Shown: piece by piece, positions 13,880-24,810 of the stretch
Numbering within the stretch: position 1 is the first letter of the stretch
Layout: every line of letters begins with the position of its first letter
Source: Mytilus californianus
Taxonomy: Eukaryota
Length of the DNA: 64,000 bases
Direction of reading: 5' to 3'
Assembly: GCF_021869535.1 (NCBI RefSeq)
Contig: NW_026262700.1
Location: forward strand, 806,001-870,000
The notes under the pieces: model-generated
Seen by the model: only the letters and a program-made list of their open reading frames with translations
Told to the model about the DNA's origin: nothing
Database searches by the model: none
Position numbers and translations under genes: made by a program

Positions 13880-14165
13880 CATAAAAAGTGAAATAACAAA
13901 AATACCGAACTCCAAGGCAATTTCTAAACGAAAATTCAAAAGGCAAATGACAAAAAAATCAAAAGCTCAAACACATCAAATGAATAACAACTGTCATATT
14001 CTTGACTTCTTACCGGCTTTTCATATTAAGAAAATGGTGGATTAAACCTGGTTTTATAACTAGCTATACCTCTCACTTCTATGACAGCAATTTAAAAATC
14101 CATATTATTCACAACGATGTTTGAACAAAAACAAACAGACATGATAGGTAAAAATGTCAAAATTA
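13880..14165 (-). repeat. Interspersed repeat family B, reverse orientation
   Basis: Reverse complement of the ...AGAGGTTTAGCTAGCTATAAAACCAGGTT...AAGAAAATG... element at about 17960-18200, 24545-24810 and 34200-34565. Confidence 0.65.
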
Positions 14166-14609
14166 TAAGATTGATGATCAATGCATACATAACTTAACGA
14201 AATTGTGGAAACTTTTAAAAAGTTAGGAAAAATCTAATTATGATTTGGTCTATTTCTTTTAGGAGTAGGAAACATCTGAGTTTCTCTTAGTTATTCTGCG
14301 TCCCTACCTTGAGGAAGGCAAATAAATTCAAAAGACATGAAATGTTCAACCCTAACCCTACCCAATCATCAAATCGTCTAAATGATCAATCATATTATTT
14401 GCTTTCCGAGTGTTTTAAGAAATCAATGCTATTGTAAATACATTTACTAATTATTTAAGATTTTATCAAACAAACCATGCCAGAAGAAGCATGTTGCGGT
14501 CCATAAATATTTCCTAAAGGAACGGGTCATTAGAGTTAATAAATTTGAATCCTATTCAGTATGGCTAGAGGTATAGGGGGATGGTTTATATCTCAAAAAC
14601 ATGTTTAAC

Positions 14610-14897
14610 CCCCGCCGCATATTTGCACCTGTACCAAGTCAGGAGCCTCTGGCTTTTGTCAGTCTTGTATGATTTTTAATTTTAGTTTTTGTGAATAATT
14701 CAGAGTTTAGTATGTCGTCCATTATCACTGAACTAATATACATATTATGTGTTTAGGGGCCAGCTGATGGACGCCTCCGGGTGCGGGAGTTTCTATCGCT
14801 TCATTGAAGACCCATTAGTTGCCTTTGGCTGTTGTGTGCTCTATGGTCGGATTGTTGTCTCTTCGACACATTCCCCATGTCCATTCTCAATTTTATT
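14610..14897 (-). repeat. Interspersed repeat, reverse copy of the 2758-3040 element
   Basis: Ends ...GACACATTCCCCATGTCCATTCTCAATTTTAT, the near reverse complement of ATAAAATTGAAAATGGAAATAGGGAATGTGTC at 2758; partial copy at about 30680-30777. Confidence 0.7.
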
Positions 14898-16216
14898 AAT
14901 CATTGCATCTCTTCTCTTAATATCCAAACTTAAAAATGTTGTTCTAGTAATGGATATAAAAATAAGGGGTTGTAAGTCTAACAGATTTTACTCAAAACAA
15001 TGTACGGCATAAGTAGTGGTGATACATATACTTAGTGGTATAAACATAGAAAATCCAATATTCTAATACATAATGATAATCTAAAAATAATTATAAAAAA
15101 GGAAAAAAAGGCTGGTGTACCCGACAAGCGCATGTGGTCTTTTTGACATGAATATTTTTTCTTTTAAATAGTAGAACGTCTTTATACAAAACCAGTTATG
15201 CATTTTGTCTAGGAAACTTCAATAACAAAATTATTCATTCACTCTTATGACCAGGCTTTTACACTAAAATAGTTGCCAAGATTAGAAGTTGACAGATATG
15301 ATAAAGAACTATTTGCAACAGAAATCATTTTTTATTTGAAACAAAACCTTTTTGATTCTTTTTTTTTCTTTTTTAAACGGAGATATTTGTTTGTCTGAAT
15401 CTTGAATACCTAAATGAAAATACAGAGCAAGCATACGATCCAACAAGAATAAAGTTATAAATTATTTCTGCATTCATATTTGATTGAACATTGCACAATT
15501 CATCGATGCACTCGAATATTCATATAAGTGATGTACATTTTATTTGAAATCAACAGTTGCAAACAACAACATTCTATCGTAAGAAAAGTAACACGTTCTG
15601 AAACTTTTAAACGTCTTATTTTATGCTGTCCACTCAGATATACCCTTTAACTCATTTATTGTCGTATAGATATCTATTGTCATTTTATTGTCCATGTCAA
15701 TCATGGATAATAAATACAATACAATACAGTTGTTACCTGAGAGGGAGTATCTCAAAGATTATCTCAATTCAAAATATTTTTACACCTTTTGCAGGATCAT
15801 AAAATAAATGCCAATACAAATCCAAATGGTATTTTGTCTTATTGAAACACAATATGCATTCAACTTTTATGCATGCCAGGCCTCAAAACTTTTTAAACTG
15901 CACAAGTTAGTATGTACACAGAGTAGATTTTCAGCACTTTTTGTCCATTTGTTATGATGAACCTCTAATTCGTTCGTCAATATCGTGGTGATCTCTACTA
16001 TAAGAAAGCTCCATTTGAAATGAACTGTATTGATTGACATGTACAATAGAGAAACTAAACATACCTGACAATAATTGGTGATTTTTTAAACAGTGTCATT
16101 AAGCAGAACATATCAAGTGAAACTCAACTGTTTGGAAATTTAATCATCTTTTGAGATCAAAAACAAAGTGCAGTGCAAAATCCCAAATACTCCAGTGGAC
16201 TACGTTTGTTTCGAAC

Positions 16217-16585
16217 ACTATTACCCGAGTTAAAATCTTAAATTATCTACAATGTACTGTCTCCGCTAATTATCTAAATAACGTGTTATAGTGATCTTTC
16301 AATTCTCGTTGTAAATTGTTGCTTTTATTGTTTAATCCATTTTGGTGGTGTCATTTGACGTGGCTCTGTACTTATACATTCCGTCATTGTGTTATTATAC
16401 TATTACCCGAGTTAAAATCTTAAATTATCTACAATGTACTGTCTCCGCTAATTATCTAAATAACGTGTTATAGTGATCTTTCAATTCTCGTTGTAAATTG
16501 TTGCTTTTATTGTTTAATCCATTTTGGTGGTGTCATTTGACGTGGCTCTGTACTTATACATTCCGTCATTGTGTTATTATACTAT
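16217..16585. repeat. Apparently perfect tandem duplication of a 182-bp unit
   Basis: ACTATTACCCGAGTT...GTGTTATTAT at 16217-16398 and again at 16399-16580. Confidence 0.95.
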
Positions 16586-16717
16586 GGTATATTTGTGTAT
16601 TCTTGTCTTTCGTTTTTGCTATTGTGTTTTGCTTATATGCCTTTATTTTTGAAAATATTGGTTTATTTTTATAGTGATTACAATTATGACACTGTTTTGA
16701 CTGCTGTACCCCTTATA

Positions 16718-17940
16718 GAAGTCGGTCATTTAAAGATGTATCAACTGTATCATATACGTTGACGTATACGCATCTGAAAATATACCAAAAAATAGTATGT
16801 GATCCCGAGCTTTATTTGTATATACTTTCAATAATGCAGATGAGCAACTGATTAATTTCTAATGATAGTACTAATATTTAATTGTGTAGCTGACTTAATT
16901 TTTGGAAAACTTCTTGAATGTGTTTACTTCAATTTCATATGATTTAAATGTCGTTTACTATATGGATTGATGGATATGAAACGTAACGCTATAATGTGTA
17001 TAACATTATTGACAGACATATATTCAAAGATATAAAACACATAGGCATCTTTTGTCAGGATTAGGACAGTGTGAAATTGTGCAGTCAAATCTTATGAAAT
17101 CTAGTCTTGTAATAACTTGTGAACATCCCAAGAAGATCTATAAAAATTTTGTTTTCATTCAAACATATCGATGTGCAGAATATTCACGATGTATACATTT
17201 CATCTTTACGGGCTTTAGAAACAGGACAAATATCGATATCATGGCTTATCTGGTTTTCTCCCGTTTCCATGTATTGATTTTTATTCCTTCTAAATTATAT
17301 CCCTTTCGGGTAAAATAAGCTTATACGTAAATTTCACTTGAACTGATTTCATATTAATAGCTGCACGTGAAACACATGTACATGATATTTTTTCACGTGA
17401 AATTTACTTGAAAATAATTAGGAAATATCGAGTTTTTGTGGAACATGTAACCTACTTTTAAAGTTATTCGAATACTTAGTACAGTTAACAGGCATGATAG
17501 GAGTGAATACGGTGAAGACAGTATATGTATCTATTAATCATTTATGAGAAAATCGCAAAGGAACAATATTCATAGTTCCTTACATGTATATAAGTAATAC
17601 ATTTGATTTTTTGTGTTTATTTGGGTAAGATCTTGCAATATTTTAACGTGTTTTATAAAAGCATTTTGTACTAAACTCGTGTCACTGCCCCACATTCGCT
17701 CCTTTTCAAGAGCATGTAGAAGTCGTTGATATACCCTCTTTTTTGCAAAACACCATTATTGCTAATATTAAAAGTTTGTGTTTGATTGTTTTGAATAGGA
17801 TCCAATTAGATTAAAAAAAAAATAAGCACAACGTATAATAGTCTTCAGCTCGGGATCACATAATATTTTTTGGTATATATGTAGATGCGTATACATCAAC
17901 GTATATGATACGGTTGATACGTTTTTAAATGACCGACCTC
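16718..17940. mobile_element. Non-autonomous DNA transposon, TIRs of about 90 bp, TA target duplication, nested in a family-B repeat
   Basis: TA|GAAGTCGGTCATTTAAAGATGTATCAAC...GATCCCGAGCT mirrors AGCTCGGGATC...TTTAAATGACCGACCTC|TA. Rejoining the flanks restores the sequence seen uninterrupted at about 34262. Confidence 0.85.
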
Positions 17941-19466
17941 TATTATTGGCATTTTTACCTAATATGTCTTTGTATTTTGTTCACGCATTGTTGTTAATGT
18001 AATAGAGTTTTATTTTAAAGTAAGAGGTTTAGCTAGCTATACAACCCCGTTCAATCCACCATTTGATACACAAGAAAATGCCTGTACCGAGTTCGGGATA
18101 TGGCAGTTGTTTTTCCATCCATTTAATGAGTTTAGGTTTTTTGATTTTTGCCATTTCATGAGAGACTTTCCGTTTGGACTTTTTTTCTGAGTCCGGTTCA
18201 TCATGGAATCATTGAAGATGTGTGGCCAGCAGGAGTTAATCGTTCAAAGCATTGACATGCATGTGTTTATTTATTTATCTATAAACTCAATATTCAGCCG
18301 AGGATAACATGAATTTGACTTTCAATATTTTGGTAATCCTTTAGACTCTCTTTCATTGTTCGAACGACATGCATCGATTGTTATTAAGTAAATACCTATC
18401 TAGTTCTTATGCTATTTTACACAATATTTCTTAGGCCAGACTAGACCGAGTTGTCCGTTAGATTTACAAGGCGATGCTGGAGGACACAAAATGATCATTT
18501 AAAATTCACTTATTTTGCTTTAGTCCTTTCAAATTTGCGTTTCTTAAAGTTAGATTTCTTCTAAATTTAATATATATGATTTAATGGTGTCAATTTATTT
18601 GATTAAACACTTAAAATGATTAGAAATCATACTTAAAACACATTTTTGTTGCTGATCAGACAAAAATTAAAAACAGAAGTGTTTAAACTGAACATCTCTC
18701 TTCAATAACATTATTTTGAATTTTAAAACAAAACATAACTAATCCGTATACATAAAAAATGCATGAATTTCCCTAGCTATTCATGTACCCGGTAATATAT
18801 AAAGATAGTAGTCATCCTGAGCTATAAATACCTTTATGTACAGGTATCAATAAACAGGTTAGAACCAGTCACTCAAATGTTCAAACCAGTAGTTATATTC
18901 ATATCACATTATTAAATCAGCCATCCAGTCATAGCAATACATCAGTACGTTGAAATTATGAAAACCTTAAAACCATATTAAGGCCTTTTACTCTTCCTTC
19001 GTGTATTTTTTTATCGTTACATTATATTTCCCTATGCATTTGTTTGCCAATAAAAATTATCCCAACACTATTCAATTATAATTGTTTTCAAAAAAACATA
19101 TAGTAAGAAGATAATTTATCAGCAAAAAAAGATTTTTACAAAAATATATTACAGTTTAAAACACAATTTCCAAATATTTAGACTCTGTTTGTAAAATTCA
19201 TATTGTATAAAATAAAAATATATATGTGACTTGATATTTCTTTTGTGAATACCACAGGTAAAAAAAAATCTTTAAAACAAATTAACAGAATTACCTCCCG
19301 TGATATGCATTAATTTAGAATATTGGTTTGTGATCGGAGTTATTTACTTTAATCAATGGAATATGCGATACATTGAGCTTGTTCTCGTTTTGTTGCTTAA
19401 ACAATACACAAGTTACACGTTTATTTATTTTCAGGATAGTATAAATGTAAAATCAATTTATAATAT

Positions 19467-19523
19467 ATGGTAATATAATCCCTGGGTTTCAAAATTTCTA
19501 TTCGTTATGTATACTTATATATA
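19467..19523 (+). promoter_or_regulatory. Putative type-3 Pol III promoter of ncRNA-2
   Basis: ATGGTAATATA at 19467 (about -80) and TATATATA at 19516-19523 (about -31). Confidence 0.6.
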
Positions 19524-19546
19524 CATTTCCATCGCTGAAGTTAAGT

Positions 19547-19726
19547 GGAGATTGAAGGAACTGTGGCTAAAAGTTCACCGATAATAAGGTTGTTGATATG
19601 GTCATGAACATGTTGCAACATGCGGCGACATCTCAGATAATGCGCAATCTGAGTGCAGTTATTGCGGGCGTAGGCTAAACTATTGCACGAAAAACTTAGC
19701 CACGGTAATTTCAGATCTTCTTTTTT
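19547..19726 (+). ncRNA. Putative structured ncRNA-2 (about 178 nt), paralogue of ncRNA-1
   Basis: 5' arm GGAGATTGAAGGAACTGTGGCTAA (19547-19570) pairs with TTAGCCACGGTAATTTCAGATCTTC (19696-19720); T6 at 19721-19726; internal hairpins CATGTTGCAACATG (19609) and CTCAGAT-N8-ATCTGAG (19632-19653). Confidence 0.65.
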
Positions 19727-20704
19727 CGTCAGAGAAACGTTATATTAACAAATCTAAAGTCACCATGTATAATTGCCACGGGAAATTGGATTCACATGAT
19801 ACAAGAAGATAGGAGAAAAATTGTAAACCAGGTACGAAGTTTTTTAACATGTTCAATCTAAACCATTTTAACTGTTTTTTCTGCATTTACCGCTTATGAA
19901 ACGATTTTCAGATATATAGTGCCTGAAGTTTTTTTGCCAACCAGTAGCAAACAATGACAAATTTTCTGTTAGACTCCAAAACATTGCACTTGGTATCAAA
20001 AGTATTTCCGGACAGCGTCTTGTAATATACTGTGATGTAAAGGGGTACTTACTATATAATGAATAATAACAAAGATGATATGATGTCCATATCAATGCGT
20101 TACCAGCTACCAAATTGACGAAGTTAACCATCCAAATTATTTTGGCTTATAATTCCGATCAAGCTGGTGTTAGGGACCGTCATAAACTTGCAGTAAAGTG
20201 AGAGTTTATTATTTTTATTTTTTTATCCGTGATGAAGACTTAACGATGAATTCAAGATGAAAAACAGCAACAAACGCGTTGTTCCTTTGCTCTTTGTTGG
20301 TTTTATGTGTGCTAGTTAAACATAAATCATTTAGTCAGTTCCTGATAAGAGAACTTGCCCTTTAGTGACTTATTTTTGCGTTTTTGTCTTTTATCTGAAA
20401 AAAAATAATAAATAGATTAGAAACTTTGACAATAAAAAAAAACTGTAAGACATGTTCAACATAAAATTCAAATTGCTGAAATCGTCAGTTCACTCCGTAT
20501 AGGAGTTACCACCCTTAAATGACGGTTTTCTATTTGTTTTTTTGCTTTTGCCTTTAACTTAAAAAAAATATGATATAATTCTATAGTTACAAGCCTCTAA
20601 ATAATGGATGGCTATGAAAAAAATCTAGAAAAATGTTTTCGTCAATTCAAATTCAAAAAAAAAATATTTTCGTTGTCACACATTTCACAAAACAAGTATC
20701 TTAA

Positions 20705-21093
20705 GGATGTTTGCTTGTCATGTTTTGGAATTTTTGTCAGATTTTCGAAATCCTCTGGTTTTATCCATTTGAATGCCTTAAAAAAATTTGCCCATGGACC
20801 CCCATTTTTCTTTTTATAAATCTTTTACATGAATAATTATAAGCCATTTGTAAAAGTCTTACAAAATCTTATTTATTTTTTAATAGTTTTTGAGAACTTT
20901 AACTGGTCAATGATAAAGCTATGAAAAATCAAATGAGAACATTTTCCCGCCAAAATTCCAATGGCTAATATCTCGAAAACAAGCACATTGGCCCCTATAT
21001 TTTTTGACTTTTTTGATTCCTCAATTAATCCCCTATCAATATATACTAGTGTTATGGAAAGCTATCTATTTTGAAACTGAGCAGCGAACTTCC
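20705..21093. mobile_element. Non-autonomous Kolobok-like DNA transposon (TTAA target duplication)
   Basis: TTAA|GGATGTTTGCT...AGCGAACTTCC|TTAA; about 390 bp; second copy at 40488-40877. Confidence 0.8.
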
Positions 21094-22936
21094 TTAAACC
21101 GTTATGTGCAGTTCTTAACGCAAATAAGTTCCATTTAAATACCATATTTTCAATACATATATTTTATTAGACCTGACCTTGCGGTCATAACAGTTCGAGC
21201 ATAATTATTGCAATCAGACTTGAGAATTCAAAAATACTGGATTTGATGCTTCGAGTACAAATTTTGTAATCTGTACTCAGAGACAAGTTTTATCTGCTTG
21301 AACATTTTTACTTCAGATATTAGTTTTGTTTTTTTTAGTTTTCGTGGCTTTAATGATTGCATTATATAGCGAATACACATACATTTTTAGACTCACTAAT
21401 TTTTTTTTCATATGTTTTTTTATTACAAAAAATTACCTTGGTTTCATTTCATGTTGATGTTTGACTACTCATTAGTATTTGTATTTTCTTTTTGGTCAGT
21501 TATTTTATAAAATAGGTAAAATCGCGAAACAATAACGAATTTCAGGTGTGATCGTTGCCCCTTAATATATAGCAAATGCCAATATTATCAACCAAAGCTA
21601 CAAGAACTCAGAAATAAGATTAAGAGTGATAATGGTAAATGTAAGAAATAATTCCTTCATGGCATGATTCATGTTCATTTTACATAAGATCGTCAATATA
21701 TTTATTCCGAAAGCAAGTTTTTGCAGTGGAACAAAGAAACAGCTGAAATAACTGTTTTAAGAGGAATAAATAATTCCAGCTATAAGGTCAAAGTTTAATG
21801 TATTATCGTCTGATAATATTTCAGTCGGCGATTGTATGTAGAAAGCCGAATTTCTATTGAGTGGTCCCGCAGTTCATGTCGCTGCATTCGGAAAAATTTT
21901 GGCAATACCGATTACGGGAAGACATTATTCAATAGCATTATGTTTGTTAAGATTGTAATTAGATAAAGGATTCTAATTTCAAAAGTCTATGTACAATTGT
22001 TTCACAGTAAAACTAAGTCATTCAAGTATGAAAACATTTTGTTCACCTATAAGAGGAAAACAACGCAACAACAGAAACACTGAAATGCAACAAAAACTAA
22101 CAACAATGCAACACACATAGGAACGAACTATAAGATAACAACTGCCATACTCCTGACCTGGTACAGGTAATAATATAATTGTATACCATAAGCCAATGAG
22201 GAAATTAGGATTTCTTAAGTACAAAAAAGTGTATCGATTCAGTATCTTTTAACTTTTTAGTTAAGTCAAAATCATAAATAAAGGATTCTAATTACAAAAG
22301 TCAAAGTACAATTGTTTTATAGTAAAACTAAATCATTCAAGTATAAAAACATTGTGTTCATTTTGAAGTGTCATATGACGCTATAGGAACTAAGATTACA
22401 AAAAAATATATGACTAGATATCATTTGATAATGTTTAATAGCAGATATGGGATAACTGACATCTGTGGGGAAACACCTTAATAATGTTAAAAACAATGTT
22501 GGCAGAATTCGTTATAGCAAATCTATTATTAAAAGTATGTATCTTCAAATATACTATTGGTGTTGCTTGAGGACATTCAATTGTACTATGCGTTCTTTTT
22601 TGAAGGCCATATAATTGTATATCCCGTCATGATGAGGAAATTTTGATTTCGTATGTAAAAAACGTATCGACTAAGTATCATTTAACTTTTTAGTTACTTC
22701 AATATCATAAATAAACACGCCATATTTTTAATTGTAAACAAAAGAATTAAAAAAAAAATGATTTTCGCCCTTAATGAGTTTTAATTTAATTTTTTCATAT
22801 TTTTGTTAGGAAAACTTTATAACTGAATTGTATGATTTAGGCTCGTTCTTTTCTATTTTTGTCTCGTTTTCAATGATATACTATTGTCTTCTTTCTTTTA
22901 GTTTTGATAAAATGTTGGAAAAGTATTACCCGTGAT

Positions 22937-22992
22937 ATGGTAATATAAATCAAAGGCTTGATGAATTTATTCATAGTATTTACCTATATATA
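22937..22992 (+). promoter_or_regulatory. Putative type-3 Pol III promoter of ncRNA-3
   Basis: ATGGTAATATA at 22937 (about -79) and TATATATA at 22985-22992 (about -31). Confidence 0.55.
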
Positions 22993-23015
22993 GTTTTCAA
23001 TATAAACTACTAGTT

Positions 23016-23307
23016 GAGATTTAAATCACCATGTCTATGGTCTATGACATACTAATGGTGGCTCCACGATAACAAGCATCCAAGCCTCTGTTTCGAGATT
23101 GGGTGTGATACTAAGATGAGTCGCAGGTGGTTTAAATGTATGACATATGAATCTGCAAGCACAATGCCACCCTCCTGTAGATTGATTTGTTAGACAAAGA
23201 AATCACTTATCGAGATCCAGTACATGTAACTATAGATGTAACGCGGTATTCATCTGGTGCGGAGAACTGAATTTTACTGAGACCTGGTGATTTCAAATCT
23301 TCGTTTT
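23016..23307 (+). ncRNA. Putative structured ncRNA-3 (about 290 nt), paralogue of ncRNA-1 and -2
   Basis: 5' arm GAGATTTAAATCACCATGTCT (23016-23036) pairs with AGACCTGGTGATTTCAAATCTT (23280-23301); TTTT at 23304-23307; several internal hairpins. Confidence 0.6.
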
Positions 23308-23451
23308 ATCGAGAATAAACTACCTTTAACTCTAAACTCAGTTCTTCGCGCAATATAATTTAAATATTTTGCAATGGTCATGCTGTTTATATTTGAAACA
23401 ATAAACTCTTTTAACTCGCCGTGTAAACATAGTAAAACAGTAGAAGCGTAA

Positions 23452-23764
23452 AATCCTGGTATTTATGATGAGTTTATATGCATTGGTGTTAAAGAACTTC
23501 AACTGGTCATATTTATAAATTAACTGTTTACAAAACTTTTGAATTTTTGAAATACTAAGGCTTTTCTACCTCAAAAAAAGATTACCTTAGCTGTATTTGA
23601 CAAAACTTTTAGGAATTTTGGTGCTCAATGCTTTTTAACTTCGTACTTTATTTGGCCTTTTTAACTTGTTTGGATTCGAGCGTCACTGATGCGTCTTTTG
23701 TAGACGAAACGCGCGTCTGGCGTAAATACAAAATTTAATCCTGGTATCTATGATGAGTTTATAT
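23452..23764 (+). mobile_element. Retrozyme-like / Penelope-derived monomer with a minimal type I hammerhead ribozyme motif
   Basis: Direct repeats AATCCTGGTAT(T/C)TATGATGAGTTTATAT at 23452 and 23737 (period 285). Motif GCGTCA-CTGATGC-GTC-TTTTGTA-GAC-GAAAC-GCGC-GTC-TGGCGT at 23680-23723. Confidence 0.7.
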
Positions 23765-24544
23765 TCAAAAGATTCTTTTTTTTAATTGTTTTTACATCTC
23801 TATAAAAAGCATAGCTAAACTTTGGGTTTTTGAATAACAATGTCCTTATTCTTTTCTAATATATTTTCGCAAATTGATAGATAATAACAGACAAACTTGG
23901 GTAAATTTGACATACTGTTTTAGAGCATTTTATTTTAACACTTGAGCTTTAGTATGGTCAGAAATACGTTACAGAAATGTCACATTCTAACAATAAGGCT
24001 GTGATACTGAAGACTTTAGTGAGAGTTTACTATACTACATGTAACAAGTAGAAATCATATAATGATATGACCAAAAGAAACCCATCAAAGATACCAGGCT
24101 TTGATCAAGCAATCAAATACGGTTTTATCGACATTTCCAATATACTGTTACTGGTGGTGTTAAGGTTAAATTTTGTTAACCCACATGACAATACAGAAAA
24201 AGTTGTACTCGACCAATTTTATAACTCTGGTGGCGCTTAATGAATGCCTAAACAAAATGCATGATATATTTTGAATCTACATGAACTATCCCACAGAGGT
24301 CGAATTATTCACTAGCAAGTGAACAACGGTGTTTCTTAGCTGATTTTGACAAAATTGAACTAAACTGGATACTAAAAGCAAAGCGAATTATCATTTCACT
24401 TTTTCACTTTCATTAATGATTGAACATTAAAAAATCATTTTGTTTTCATATATCTTATATCTAGTGCCCATTTTAACAATAAAGACATATCTTCAATGCA
24501 ACGCCACTAGTCCATATAAAGATAGATTTGCTATTCATGCTATT

Positions 24545-24810
24545 ATGTTTGTTTGTTTTGTTCCCACATTGTTGTCAATATTATGGAATATTATGCAACT
24601 GTCATGCAAGTAAGAGATTAAGCTAGTTTTAAACCCAGGTTTTATCCACCATTTTCTACTTAAGAAAATGTCTGTACCAAGTCAGGAATATGACAGTTGG
24701 AATGCATGCGTTTGATGTGTTTGAGCTTTTGATTTTGCCATTATATTAGAGACTTTTCTTTTTGAATTTTCCTCTTAATTCGGTATTTTTGTTATTGAAT
24801 TTTGTACCTG
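24545..24810 (+). repeat. Interspersed repeat family B
   Basis: Aligns by eye with 34300-34565 (GTCAATA..ATGGAA...CCAGGTT..ATCCACCATTTTCTAC.TAAGAAAATGTCTG). Confidence 0.7.

Noticed and set aside
21150-21310. Cluster of hairpins (TCGAGCAT/ATGCTTCGA, GAGTACA/TGTACTC) between ncRNA-2 and ncRNA-3
   Set aside because: It lacks the conserved closing stem and the -79/-31 promoter spacing, so it cannot be assigned to the family. A Kolobok-like insertion just upstream could have obscured a promoter.
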